Origin: an uncultured Gemmatimonadaceae bacterium
GTDB taxonomy: Bacteria > Gemmatimonadota > Gemmatimonadetes > Gemmatimonadales > Gemmatimonadaceae
DNA: 64,000 nucleotides
NCBI GenBank assembly: GCA_963740355.1
Contig: CAVUDW010000003.1
Coordinates: 160,001 to 224,000 of the forward strand
Reading direction: 5' to 3'
Shown: positions 39,102-48,965 of the stretch, in pieces
Position numbering within the stretch: position 1 is the first letter of the stretch
Layout: every line of letters begins with the position of its first letter
Position numbers and translations under genes: made by a program
The notes under the pieces: generated by a model
Database searches by the model: none
What the model saw: the letters and a program-made list of their open reading frames with translations, nothing else
Told to the model about the DNA's origin: nothing

Positions 39102-39865
39102 GTGGTGTCTGCGAGAGGTGGAGGTACGTGTGGCCGGGAGGCCGGCCGCCATGCAAACGATCGCACCGGGGTCTGACCCTGGTGGCCGGGCGAGACAGGT
39201 GTCGTATCGGGCGCGATGGCCGATGACGAACACAACTCCTGTATGGACGGCCGGACGCAGACATTTTCCGGACGGTGTCCATCGGCGAACACAGGACCAT
39301 CGGGCCCGAAGGTCACCAGAGCAAGCGTCTCGGTTTTTCAGTCCAGTAGCATACGATGTCGAATACTCGCTAGAAAAGCGGATTCGTCAATGCGCGTCGC
39401 TTTCAGGCCGTGTGGCGACGATCGAGTGCAATTCGTGTGTGCATGCGCGCATTGCACACGGCGCCACATTCATTCGACATCGGCCTGACGTCGACAACGG
39501 TCTGGATTCGTCACTGAGGTGACGGCGGATCAATGTGTACGATCGACATGAAGCGCGGATTGGGCGCGGGAGGAGCGTGCGTGAGACGAACGCGACGCAT
39601 CTCGGTCACGCGCAGCGACGTGCGCTTCCGTGCGCGTGGAAAGGCGCCCCGCCCGGGTTGATGCTGCAGTTGTGCGCACGGTCGCGGCGGTACGCTCCTC
39701 CAGCGGGCTCACGGACGCCTCACGCGCGCCGTGAACCGGGGCAAGGGGCGAATTCGCACCCGATTCACGCCAGTTTCACGGTGAATTCGGAGGATTTTCT
39801 CGGACGAGGAGCCTACAACAGCCAGGTCGCTGGCGCGCCCCCAACGACCTGTCTGCCGAGCTCGG

Positions 39866-42800
39866 CTAAAACTGATAGCGAACGCCCGCCTGAACCTGGC
39901 GCGGATCGCCGAGGCCACTGCGCACCGTGCCGTCGAAGTTGAACAGCAGGCCCCCGAACGACGGATCCTTGAAGTTGTTCCGGCCCAGGACGTTGAAGAC
40001 TTCCAGCGTCGCCTCGATTGCCTGGCCGTCCCGAACCCGGAATGGGCGCGCCAGGCGCAGGTCCCAACTCGCGTACGCGTTGTCGCGACGGAGGGTGTTC
40101 CGATCGAGGATGGTGCCATTCGGGCAGAGTCGATCGGCCGCGCTGCTGATCCGCTGGCCCGTGCCAGCATTGTTCGCACCGCACTTCTCGGACACTGGCT
40201 GCGCCGAGGTGAATGTGAAGCGGTTGTTCAGCAGCAGCTTGCCCGGCAGCCGGTTGAGCAGGAATGCATTGAATCGGTGCCGTTGGTCACGGTCACTGTA
40301 GCCCCACTCGCGATCGAGGCGGTTCGCCTTCACGTAGCGGAAGGTGAAGGGGTCACGCTCGTTGTCATCATCCGACTTGTCGAACGCCAGCGTGTAATTG
40401 ACCTCGAAGTTGTAGTTGCTGGCATTTCGGCGCGCGACGCCGAAGGTGACGCCATTGTATTGGCTGCGCGCGGTGCTTTCCACGGTCGTCAGCGTCCCGA
40501 TGCCATTGCCGTTGGGGAGCGCATTCGTGAACGGCCCATCGGTGCCGTTGCCGAACACCGGGTCGTTGCGATTGACGAATCGCGTGAGGTGATCCGCCTT
40601 GGCGTACACATAGCTGACCGAGGCAGAGATCCCGGTGGCGATCTCTCGTTCGTAGGCCGCGGTGACGCTGGTGGTCCGCGGGTTCTGGAAGTCCTGATCG
40701 ATGACGAAGATATCCGGCTTGAACGGCGTACCCGTTGGCGCTGGCAGCAGTTGGTCGTACGCCGGCGGTGCACCAAGCACCCCGGTCAGCGCGCTGTTAC
40801 GGAAGATCGTCTGGCCGACCGAACCGTTGTTGTTCCTCACGCTGGCGAGATTGAGCGCGGCAATTCGCGCCACGTATCGCCCTGCGCTGGCGCGCAGCAC
40901 GGACTTGCCATCGCCATTCACATCCCAGGCGAGCCCGAAGCGCGGCTGAAACATCTTGTAGTCGCTCGGGATCAGGCCGTTGGACGGAAAGCGCTGGCCT
41001 GCGACCGACTGACCGATCAGCGGAGCGTAGAACACCGTGGCGGGGTCGGTGATCGGGTCGGGCTGCTGCTGTGCTTCCCATCGCAGTCCGTAGTTCAACG
41101 TCAGGCGCGGCGTGGGCGTCCAGGTGTCCTGAATGAAGACACCGAGGTCGGTCTGGGCGAGTGTCTGGGTGCCGCTCTGCTCCACCGTGCGCCCGCCGAC
41201 GCCCGCCTGCTGGAGGTATAGCTGCACCGGGCCGGTGATGCTCGATCCGCTCGGGCAGGCGCCGGTCACGTTGGTGGTACCGTTCGAGCATTCCACATAA
41301 TTGCGCCCCTGGTTCACGTAGTTGATGAACCCAGTGACGCTGCTGAAGATGAATCGCCCATTGGCGAAGCCGATGAAGGTCTGCGACGACTTCACCGAGT
41401 TCACTTCCGCGCCGACCTTGAAGAGATGATTCCCGGTCGCGAAGGTGACGTTATTCAGCAGTTGCAGGCGCGTGTCGTAGTACTCCACCGGAATGAAGAA
41501 CGGACGCCCGATGCGGAAGCCATTGGCGAAATCCATTCCCGTGTCCGGAAACCCCTGTCGCGTGCTGCCCGGGATGTTCGGACCGCCGTAGTCTCGTGGG
41601 CGATCTTCGCGGGCGACCTGGAAGCGAAACTCGTTCGCCACGCTGTTGGAGAGCTGCGACGTGAGCTGGCCACTGATCGCGTGCGAGAAGTCCTTCTCGG
41701 TCGCGTTCGAGCTCGCGCCCCACGAATCGACGTCGAAGGTCCCGTTCACCTGCCTGCTGTTGGTGAAGTTGTACTTGAGCGAGAAGTTGTTGGTCGCGTC
41801 GACGCGATAGTCGAGCTTGAGCAGGAACACCTGACCATCGTTGGTCCGGTCCACGGGGCGGAAGTCGTTGCGCAGGGCGCCGCCGAAGGCCGTGCTGAGA
41901 AAGGTGGTCAGCGAATCGAGTGCGGCGGTCTGCGGGCGTGTCTGCTGCTTCGTCTCGCGATACACCTGTTGGTCGTAGGCGGCGAAGAAGAAGAGCCGAT
42001 CCTTCACCAGCGGTCCGCCGAGCGTGAACCCGAACTGGTTCTGCGAAAAATCAGGGTTGAGCGTGACGCCATTGCCTTTCAGGTTTCCCGACAGGGCACC
42101 GCTTTTCCCGAAGTAGTGCACCGTGCCCTTCAAGGTATTTGTGCCGCTCTTCGTGATCACGTTCACGAAGCCGCCCGCGGAGCGCCCGAACTCCGCATTC
42201 GCTCCGGCGTTGGTGACGACCAGTTCCTGAACCGCGTCGAGATTGAAGGTGAACGCAGGTCGCTGGCCGCCGCGTTGCTCCCCGAAAAATGGGTTGTTGA
42301 AGTCGGCACCATCGACACTGACGTTGTTGTAGGTGCCACGCTGTCCTGCAATCGAGATCACGTCGCCGTCAGGGCCTTGCGTGGTCGCCACATTCGGCGT
42401 GAGCAAGGTGAGCGCGAGGAAATTCCGCCCATTGTTCGGCAGCCCCTTCACGACCTCCTCGGAGAGCGTAGTGGTGGCATCGGACCGCGTCGTACTAACC
42501 GTCGTCGAAGCGCGATCCGACACCTTCACGGCCGCCAGCGCCACCGCCTGGCGCGTCACTCTGAACGGCAGGTCGAGCGCCTGGCCCACACGCAGGACCA
42601 AGTCTCCCCGCGACACCGCCGCAAAGCCGATCGCGCGAACGCTCACCTCATACCGCCCAAGCGGAAGCAGCGGCGCGGCGTAGATGCCCCGATCACTCGT
42701 GCGCACCACGCGTGTGACGTTCGTTTCCTGGTTGCGGAGCGTGACCTGTGCACCAGCCACCGGCACATTGGCATCATCGGTCACCAAGCCGCGAATGACA

Positions 42801-42907
42801 CCGGTGGTGGCTTGGGACTGGGCGCGCAGCTGCGCCGGCAGGGTGGCGAAGAGCGCTGCCGCAACGAGCGTGAGCAACTGGCGCGAGTGCATGCGAATGT
42901 GGCGCAT
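39866..42907 (-). CDS. Oar-like TonB-dependent outer membrane receptor with carboxypeptidase-regulatory N-domain
   Basis: Signal peptide, GVIRGLVTD, LPNNGRNF, AEFGRSAGGFVNVITKSGTN, terminal VRYQF. Confidence 0.9.
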   Translation of the reverse strand: MRHIRMHSRQLLTLVAAALFATLPAQLRAQSQATTGVIRGLVTDDANVPVAGAQVTLRNQETNVTRVVRTSDRGIYAAPLLPLGRYEVSVRAIGFAAVSRGDLVLRVGQALDLPFRVTRQAVALAAVKVSDRASTTVSTTRSDATTTLSEEVVKGLPNNGRNFLALTLLTPNVATTQGPDGDVISIAGQRGTYNNVSVDGADFNNPFFGEQRGGQRPAFTFNLDAVQELVVTNAGANAEFGRSAGGFVNVITKSGTNTLKGTVHYFGKSGALSGNLKGNGVTLNPDFSQNQFGFTLGGPLVKDRLFFFAAYDQQVYRETKQQTRPQTAALDSLTTFLSTAFGGALRNDFRPVDRTNDGQVFLLKLDYRVDATNNFSLKYNFTNSRQVNGTFDVDSWGASSNATEKDFSHAISGQLTSQLSNSVANEFRFQVAREDRPRDYGGPNIPGSTRQGFPDTGMDFANGFRIGRPFFIPVEYYDTRLQLLNNVTFATGNHLFKVGAEVNSVKSSQTFIGFANGRFIFSSVTGFINYVNQGRNYVECSNGTTNVTGACPSGSSITGPVQLYLQQAGVGGRTVEQSGTQTLAQTDLGVFIQDTWTPTPRLTLNYGLRWEAQQQPDPITDPATVFYAPLIGQSVAGQRFPSNGLIPSDYKMFQPRFGLAWDVNGDGKSVLRASAGRYVARIAALNLASVRNNNGSVGQTIFRNSALTGVLGAPPAYDQLLPAPTGTPFKPDIFVIDQDFQNPRTTSVTAAYEREIATGISASVSYVYAKADHLTRFVNRNDPVFGNGTDGPFTNALPNGNGIGTLTTVESTARSQYNGVTFGVARRNASNYNFEVNYTLAFDKSDDDNERDPFTFRYVKANRLDREWGYSDRDQRHRFNAFLLNRLPGKLLLNNRFTFTSAQPVSEKCGANNAGTGQRISSAADRLCPNGTILDRNTLRRDNAYASWDLRLARPFRVRDGQAIEATLEVFNVLGRNNFKDPSFGGLLFNFDGTVRSGLGDPRQVQAGVRYQF

Positions 42908-43088
42908 GGAGGGGAGTCCATTTTCGTGAGTGTCAACGCACCGCACCAAGGGATTGCCTGGCGCGATCAGCCTAACATGTCACGAACTCCATCTGCCGGC
43001 GACACTTCGCATGTAACAACGCGCGGAAATCGATGCGCTGCAGCAGGCTCGTCAATGCACCCCTCGGCGCACGAGCGAACCGACGCGC

Positions 43089-43475
43089 CTACGGTTCGAA
43101 CTTTCCGCCGATGGTGCCGTCCTTCCGCCACTCGAATCGCACACCGTCGCACATGGTGGCCGCCGCAGCGAGCACCCGGGACAGGTTCTGCATCGCCTCG
43201 CTCTTCGTCATGCGCATCGCCTGTCCGTCCATCGAGACCAGCCAGGGCGAGGGCGTTTCCACGATCATCACCGACCAGAGCGCCTCTCCCTTGAGCAAGA
43301 CGCTCAGCGCGACGGGCTCGCGCGACGCCGACCAGGCCAGCGCATCGGCGGGAAACGCCTGTCGCTGCACCGCATGCCGGCAGATGTCGAGAAAGGGCCC
43401 CAGCTCATTGAGGACGTGCGCGAGGCCGGCGTTGCGGCGCGCCGCGAGGGCAAGATCGAAGGAGCGAGTGGACAT
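43089..43475 (-). CDS. Hypothetical protein
   Basis: 128-aa ORF co-oriented with its neighbours. No motif recognised. Confidence 0.55.
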   Translation of the reverse strand: MSTRSFDLALAARRNAGLAHVLNELGPFLDICRHAVQRQAFPADALAWSASREPVALSVLLKGEALWSVMIVETPSPWLVSMDGQAMRMTKSEAMQNLSRVLAAAATMCDGVRFEWRKDGTIGGKFEP

Positions 43476-43534
43476 CGGTATCCGCTGGTAAGGGCACGCG
43501 GGAAACTAAGCGCTCCAGCCCGCTTGGCGAAATA

Positions 43535-43951
43535 TCAGTACGCCATGCGCACCGTCAGCGTCGTGTCCCTTTGCACCACCACGCTCGCCTCGGCGAAGCG
43601 TGGCGCCCGGAAACGCGGACGCGGATCGTTGCTCACCCCGTACCCTTCTTTCGGAATGCCAAGGAAGTTGGAGTCGATCTTCCCGTTCGAATTGGCATCG
43701 TGGAACGCCGCGATCGCGTACGTCCCCGGCACCGCATCAAAAGAGAGTATCGTCTCCGGAGCCGCTGGCCTGACCTCCTGATTGGCGAACGGGGAGGGGC
43801 CAGGAAATCCCGTGCCTGGCGCTGGGTGCAGCCCCACCTGCAGCACCCCACCCTTCTGTGGTCGCACGTCGAGCAGTCGGACCGTTATGCGCACGGTGGC
43901 GGGCTGATACGACGTCAGGCCGAGCAGGGCGAGGCCGAACAGGAGACGCAT
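43535..43951 (-). CDS. DUF2141 family exported protein
   Basis: PGTYAIAAFHDANSNGKIDSNFLGIPKEGYGVSND...P.F. Confidence 0.88.
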   Translation of the reverse strand: MRLLFGLALLGLTSYQPATVRITVRLLDVRPQKGGVLQVGLHPAPGTGFPGPSPFANQEVRPAAPETILSFDAVPGTYAIAAFHDANSNGKIDSNFLGIPKEGYGVSNDPRPRFRAPRFAEASVVVQRDTTLTVRMAY

Positions 43952-43995
43952 GGGGATTCCCGAGCAGGGCGGAGGACACGAACGGTTCGGGCGTG

Positions 43996-44013
43996 GATTT
44001 CCAGCTGGAAATC
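43996..44013. promoter_or_regulatory. Perfect 18-bp palindrome in a divergent intergenic region
   Basis: GATTTCCAGCTGGAAATC equals its own reverse complement. Confidence 0.5.
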
Positions 44014-44101
44014 GGGCCAGGCCTGAACGAGAATGCCTTCAGTTCTGGAACGCGGCCAGTCAGCGCGGTGTGCCGCCTGCGGTCGATACATTTCCGGTCC
44101 A

Positions 44102-44635
44102 ATGTCCAACCCGACTACGCCCATCATGATCCGCCCGGCGACCCTCTCCGATGCCGCGGCGCTCGCGGATCTCGGCCGGCGCACCTTCACCGATGCCTTC
44201 GCGGCCGACAACACGGCGGAAGACCTCGCCGCGTTTCTCGATGCCGCATATTCGCCGGCAATTCAGGAGCGGGAACTGCAGGACGCCTCGCTCACCTATC
44301 TCGTGGCCGAACGTCACGGCGAGCTGGTGGCCTTCGCGCTCTTGCGGACGGGCAAGGAGAGTGAGCACGTCACCGACCCGACCGCGCTCGAGGTGCAGCG
44401 TTTCTACGTTGACCGCTCGTGTCACGGCACCGGCCTCGCACAGACGCTGATGGCGTCGTGTGTCGCCGATGCCGCAGGACGCGGCGCGAAGTCGCTCTGG
44501 CTCGGCGTCTTCGAGAAGAACGCGCGCGCGATTCGGTTCTACCAATCGCAAGGCTTTGCGGAAATCGGCAAGCAGATCTTCGTCGTGGGTAGCGACCCAC
44601 AGCAAGATCTCGTGCTCTCGCGACCTATTCCGTAG
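44102..44635 (+). CDS. GNAT acetyltransferase, PaiA-like
   Basis: TFTDAF..DNT.ED, EVQRFYV, HGTGLA, WLGVFEKNARAIRFY, F.VGSD.Q.D. Confidence 0.85.
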   Translation: MSNPTTPIMIRPATLSDAAALADLGRRTFTDAFAADNTAEDLAAFLDAAYSPAIQERELQDASLTYLVAERHGELVAFALLRTGKESEHVTDPTALEVQRFYVDRSCHGTGLAQTLMASCVADAAGRGAKSLWLGVFEKNARAIRFYQSQGFAEIGKQIFVVGSDPQQDLVLSRPIP

Positions 44636-44641
44636 GCCTGC

Positions 44642-45610
44642 TCACGGCTTGGTGCGCAGTGCGAGAATGATGTACTGCCCGCGGTCGAGGAACTCGGCGG
44701 CCTTCGCCTTGGCTGGATCGGGCGTCGGCACAGCGCTCACGACGATGGTACGCGCCGAGGTACTCCGTCGGCTGACACGCGCCGCAGTGCCCAATCCATA
44801 GTCGCTGTGGAACGCGCCGTTGAAGTGCACCACGATCGCATCGCTGCCTGCCTTCGCGCGCGCCATCACGATCGACTCGGCCATCGTCTCGTCCTTCACA
44901 CACTGCGACTCGTAGAACAAGTCGGTCATCGAGCGAGCGCCCGACGGCGATGGCGCCGAGGCACCGCCGGCGCCACCGTGTCCACCGCCCATCACAGCCA
45001 CGAAGTTTTCGTAGTACTTGTCCTTCGGGCAGATCAACTCGCGCGCCACGAACGCACGATCGCCGGCCGTCATCGAGTCGACGGCAATCAATCCGCGCTT
45101 GCTGACGGCGCTCGCCAGCCGACGCGGGACGTTGGCCGCGATCACCGGCCAGTGCCTGGCCTTGGCCAGTTCCACCAGTGGTCGGTAGTCGGCAGCATAG
45201 TTCGGCCACGGACGCGACTGGGCACGGAAGTCGTCTTCGCTCAGTGTCCCGGCGAGATAGGCGTCCACCAGTGGCTGCACGTCGCGCTCGAACATCTCCA
45301 GCGAGAGCACGACCTTGCCGCGCCGATCGCCGATCGCGGTGAGCAGCGCGAGCTCGGCACGATGTGACTCGTCATCGTCGTGCTGTTCGCCGAAGAACAC
45401 GACGTCAGCCTTGGCCGCGGCATCGGCCATGGCCGCGAAGGAAATCGTCTGCCCGGTGGCGCTGGCCACGACACGCTGTGTGCCAGACGGCATGACACCC
45501 GTCGTGGGCGCGACCGGCGAGGTGCCGGCCGACGTGCGCGCGCCAACACAGCCTGTGAGCAGCGCGGCGAGAACGAGCGGTGCGGATGTAGCGTAACGGC
45601 GAAAAAACAT
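44642..45610 (-). CDS. ChaN-family lipoprotein (haem-uptake associated)
   Basis: Lipobox LTGC, VFFGEQHD, LEMFERD, WPNY..DYRPL, KDETMA, GAFHS. Confidence 0.85.
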   Translation of the reverse strand: MFFRRYATSAPLVLAALLTGCVGARTSAGTSPVAPTTGVMPSGTQRVVASATGQTISFAAMADAAAKADVVFFGEQHDDDESHRAELALLTAIGDRRGKVVLSLEMFERDVQPLVDAYLAGTLSEDDFRAQSRPWPNYAADYRPLVELAKARHWPVIAANVPRRLASAVSKRGLIAVDSMTAGDRAFVARELICPKDKYYENFVAVMGGGHGGAGGASAPSPSGARSMTDLFYESQCVKDETMAESIVMARAKAGSDAIVVHFNGAFHSDYGLGTAARVSRRSTSARTIVVSAVPTPDPAKAKAAEFLDRGQYIILALRTKP

Positions 45611-45671
45611 CGACGGAAAATTGAGGGAGTCGCGAGTGAGTTGCCGCCGGAGTGACCCGGCGGCTGCACGG

Positions 45672-48600
45672 TCAGCTGATCGGCGGAGCGGTCTTCACGA
45701 CCTTGCGCACCGATACACCGGGCACGTTGCCATCCTGCAGCAACTTGTTGAATGCCGGCACATCGACCTGCTCGATGGTGTCGATCTCTCCGCGGATGGC
45801 AGCCCACTGCCCTTCCAGCTCGGCGAGGCGCTCACGCGCGGCCTTCGTCAACACCGGATTGCCTTCCACCTGGCCCATGAGGAAGCCGAACTGGCCATTG
45901 ATACCGTTGGCGAAGTTGATGATGTCCTGACCGTTGGCCGCCTTGGTGGTGAGCCGCGGATCCATGACATCGAGCTTCCCCACCAGTCCCTTGCCCGCGG
46001 CGGTGATGGCTGCAGCGTTGGTCGCATCGCGACCACGCGTCAGTGCACCGTTGACCTGCCCCTTGGTGTCGCGCAGGCGCAAGACGGCGTCGTGAATCTC
46101 GCGGATGCGATCGGCAATCAACGCCGACACGGAATCGCGCTCGGCGATCGCCACCGCTGGCACGTTCAGGCGCGGGTCCTGCAGCACCTGCAATGGCTGT
46201 GTCGTCACAGAGCTGCCCACCGTCATGCGCACACTGTACGTACCCGGCGAGACACGAGCACCACCGCTGCCAGGTGCACCGAACAGGATGACGCCGGCCA
46301 ACCGCGTCGGAGCCGTGCGGCGCAAGTCCCAATTCAAGACATTCAGGCCGGCCTTCGGCCGAAGGCGCGCAGCCACGACCGAGTCCTTCGACGAGAAGCT
46401 GCGCAGCACGTTCCCACGCGCGTCGAGCATGTCGAAGGTGATTCCCACCGTGCTGTCAGCAACGCTGGCGAGCCTGTAGTAGATGTTCGCGCCCGGCACC
46501 GGATTCCGCCCCGCACCACGCGTCGGGAACGACGGGCCACCGCTCAGGTACGCCGCACGCGGCGCATAGAGGTGTGCTGCCGCCGCGAGCAGCGAATCGG
46601 CATGCTGACGGATGGCCGAGATGTCGTCCATGATCCAGAAGGCACGGCCTTCCGTGGCGGCGACAAGGTCACCGTCATGGACTTCCAGATCGGTGACCGG
46701 CACGACCGGGAAGGTGGCCGGGAATGGCATCCACTTCGCACCACCGTCGAATGACAGGTAGATGCCGGTCTCGGTGCCCGCGTAGAGGAGGTTGCGACGC
46801 GTCGGGTCCTCACGCACGACACGTACGGGCTCGCCTTCGCGCAGGCCGTTGACGATCCGCGTCCAGGTGGTGCCGTAATCGGTGGACTTGAAGATGTGCG
46901 GTGTGTTGTCTCCGATGCGGTCGGTGCGATACGCGACGTAGACAGTGGCCGGGTCATGCGGCGACACTTCGATCTCGTTGGTGAGACCGTCGGTGAGGCC
47001 CTTCGGCGTGACGTTGGTCCAGGTCGCGCCGCCATCGCGGGTCCGCTGCACCAGCCCATCATCCGTGCCGACGTAGATCGTCTTTGGGTCACTCGGTGAT
47101 TCATGGATCACGACGATGGTGCCGTACACCTCACCACCGGCGCCTTCGTTCGTGATCGGGCCACCGCCCTTCCCCTGACGTGCCTTGTCGTTCTTGGTCA
47201 GGTCGCCGCCCATCGGCGTCCAGGTCTGGCCGCGATCGGTCGAACGGAACAAGACGTTGCCGCCGTGATAGATCACGTTGCCGTCGTGCTGCGAGACGCG
47301 AATCGGCGCGGTCCAGTTGAAGCGGTACCGCGTCTTGTCGGTCGGTTCGGTGAGGTTCATGGCGGGCCACGGCATGATGTCACGCGAGAGGCCCGTCTGC
47401 TGATCGAGTTCGTTGATCAGGCCCTGATAGCAGCCGCCGTACACATACCGCGAGTCCTTCGGCCCCACACCGATGTTGGCGCTTTCGCAGCCCGGGCCAT
47501 CCGTCCAGTCGCGCACACTGATCACCGCGTCATCGCTGCGGCTCTTGATGATCACGCTGCTGTTGTCCTGCTGCCCGCTGTAGAGGCGGTAGGGAAAGTC
47601 GTGGTCGGTCGTGACGTGATAGAACTGCGCCGTCGGCTGGTTGTCCTGCGAGCTCCAGCTGTTGCCACCATCGAGCGAGACCGACACGCCGCCGTCGTTG
47701 GAATTGATCATCGACTTGCCGTCGATCGGATTGATCCAGATGTGGTGATTGTCACCATGCGTCGCGTCGACCACGCGGAAGGTGCGCCCCCCATCGATCG
47801 ACTTCAGCACCGGTGCGTTGGTGACCCACACCACGTCGGCATTCTTCGGGTCGGCGAAGATCTTCATGTAGTACCAGCTGCGCGTCTGGATCAGGCGATC
47901 CTCGGACTGACGCGCCCAGGTCTTGCCGGCGTCGTCGGAGCGATAGAGCCCACCACGCTCCGCTTCCACGATGGCGAAGACGCGATCCGGATTGGCCGGT
48001 GACACACTGACGCCGATCTTGCCCATCAGCGAGGGCAGTCCGCCGCTCAGTCGCGTCCAGCTGTCGCCACCATCGATCGACTTCCAGATGCCGCTGCCCT
48101 CGCCACCGCTGCGAACCATCCATGGCGTGCGCTGGTGATCCCAGAACGACGCGTAGAGGATGCGCGGGTTGGTCGCATCCATCGTCAGGTCGCTGGCGCC
48201 GCTGAAGGCATTGACGCCTTTCAGCACCAGCTGCCAGGTGGCACCGCCATCCTTCGTACGGTAGATGCCACGATCGGCGCTGGCCTTCCACCGATCGCCC
48301 TGCGCCGCCACATACACGACGTTGGGGTCCGTGGGATGCACACGCACCGCAGAGATCTGCCGCGTGTTTCCAAGTCCGACGTTGGCCCAGGTGCGGCCCT
48401 GGTCGGTGCTCCGGTACACGCCGTCGCCATAGCTGGACGATTGCCCGCGAATCGCTTCTTCACCCGTGCCGACGTAGATCACATTTGCGTCGGAGGGTGC
48501 GACGGCGATCGCGCCGATCGAGCCGGTGCGAAACCAGCCGTCGGAGATATTGCGCCAGTTGATGCCTGCATCATCGGTGCGCCACAACCCACCGCCGGTG

Positions 48601-48848
48601 TAGCCGGCGAAATAGGTCAGCGGCTGCGTCGGGATGCCCGCAGCGGTGTTGGCGCGGCCGCCGCGATTCGGGCCGACGTTTCGCCATTGCATCGCGCGAA
48701 ACGCAGCGGTGTCAATCGCGCTCGCTGCACTGGCCGGCGGGGTCGCGGTCGCAGGCTTGCGCTGTGCAGCACTCGGCGTGCTCGAGGCAACGATCGCGAG
48801 TGCGGCAAGGGTCGGGTGGAACAGACGGCGATGGAGCATCGCAGACAT
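45672..48848 (-). CDS. VPS10/sortilin-like BNR-repeat (glycosyl-hydrolase-like) exported protein
   Basis: WRNVGPNRGGR and many S/T-x-D-x-G-x-T-W BNR repeats. Confidence 0.88.
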   Translation of the reverse strand: MSAMLHRRLFHPTLAALAIVASSTPSAAQRKPATATPPASAASAIDTAAFRAMQWRNVGPNRGGRANTAAGIPTQPLTYFAGYTGGGLWRTDDAGINWRNISDGWFRTGSIGAIAVAPSDANVIYVGTGEEAIRGQSSSYGDGVYRSTDQGRTWANVGLGNTRQISAVRVHPTDPNVVYVAAQGDRWKASADRGIYRTKDGGATWQLVLKGVNAFSGASDLTMDATNPRILYASFWDHQRTPWMVRSGGEGSGIWKSIDGGDSWTRLSGGLPSLMGKIGVSVSPANPDRVFAIVEAERGGLYRSDDAGKTWARQSEDRLIQTRSWYYMKIFADPKNADVVWVTNAPVLKSIDGGRTFRVVDATHGDNHHIWINPIDGKSMINSNDGGVSVSLDGGNSWSSQDNQPTAQFYHVTTDHDFPYRLYSGQQDNSSVIIKSRSDDAVISVRDWTDGPGCESANIGVGPKDSRYVYGGCYQGLINELDQQTGLSRDIMPWPAMNLTEPTDKTRYRFNWTAPIRVSQHDGNVIYHGGNVLFRSTDRGQTWTPMGGDLTKNDKARQGKGGGPITNEGAGGEVYGTIVVIHESPSDPKTIYVGTDDGLVQRTRDGGATWTNVTPKGLTDGLTNEIEVSPHDPATVYVAYRTDRIGDNTPHIFKSTDYGTTWTRIVNGLREGEPVRVVREDPTRRNLLYAGTETGIYLSFDGGAKWMPFPATFPVVPVTDLEVHDGDLVAATEGRAFWIMDDISAIRQHADSLLAAAAHLYAPRAAYLSGGPSFPTRGAGRNPVPGANIYYRLASVADSTVGITFDMLDARGNVLRSFSSKDSVVAARLRPKAGLNVLNWDLRRTAPTRLAGVILFGAPGSGGARVSPGTYSVRMTVGSSVTTQPLQVLQDPRLNVPAVAIAERDSVSALIADRIREIHDAVLRLRDTKGQVNGALTRGRDATNAAAITAAGKGLVGKLDVMDPRLTTKAANGQDIINFANGINGQFGFLMGQVEGNPVLTKAARERLAELEGQWAAIRGEIDTIEQVDVPAFNKLLQDGNVPGVSVRKVVKTAPPIS

Positions 48849-48965
48849 CGGATCGGGGGTGGGAGTCGAGGCGGCTGAATCAACCTGCATCAGCAGGAGG
48901 AAATAAAGCCTCGGATCGCCCTGCGGTGAGCCCCGGCGCCTCGCCATCCCGCCAGCGGTCGCGCG

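Noticed and set aside
41426..43294. 622-aa plus-strand ORF
   Set aside because: Antisense shadow of the TonB receptor. High-GC codon bias produces such long ORFs, and it has no motifs.
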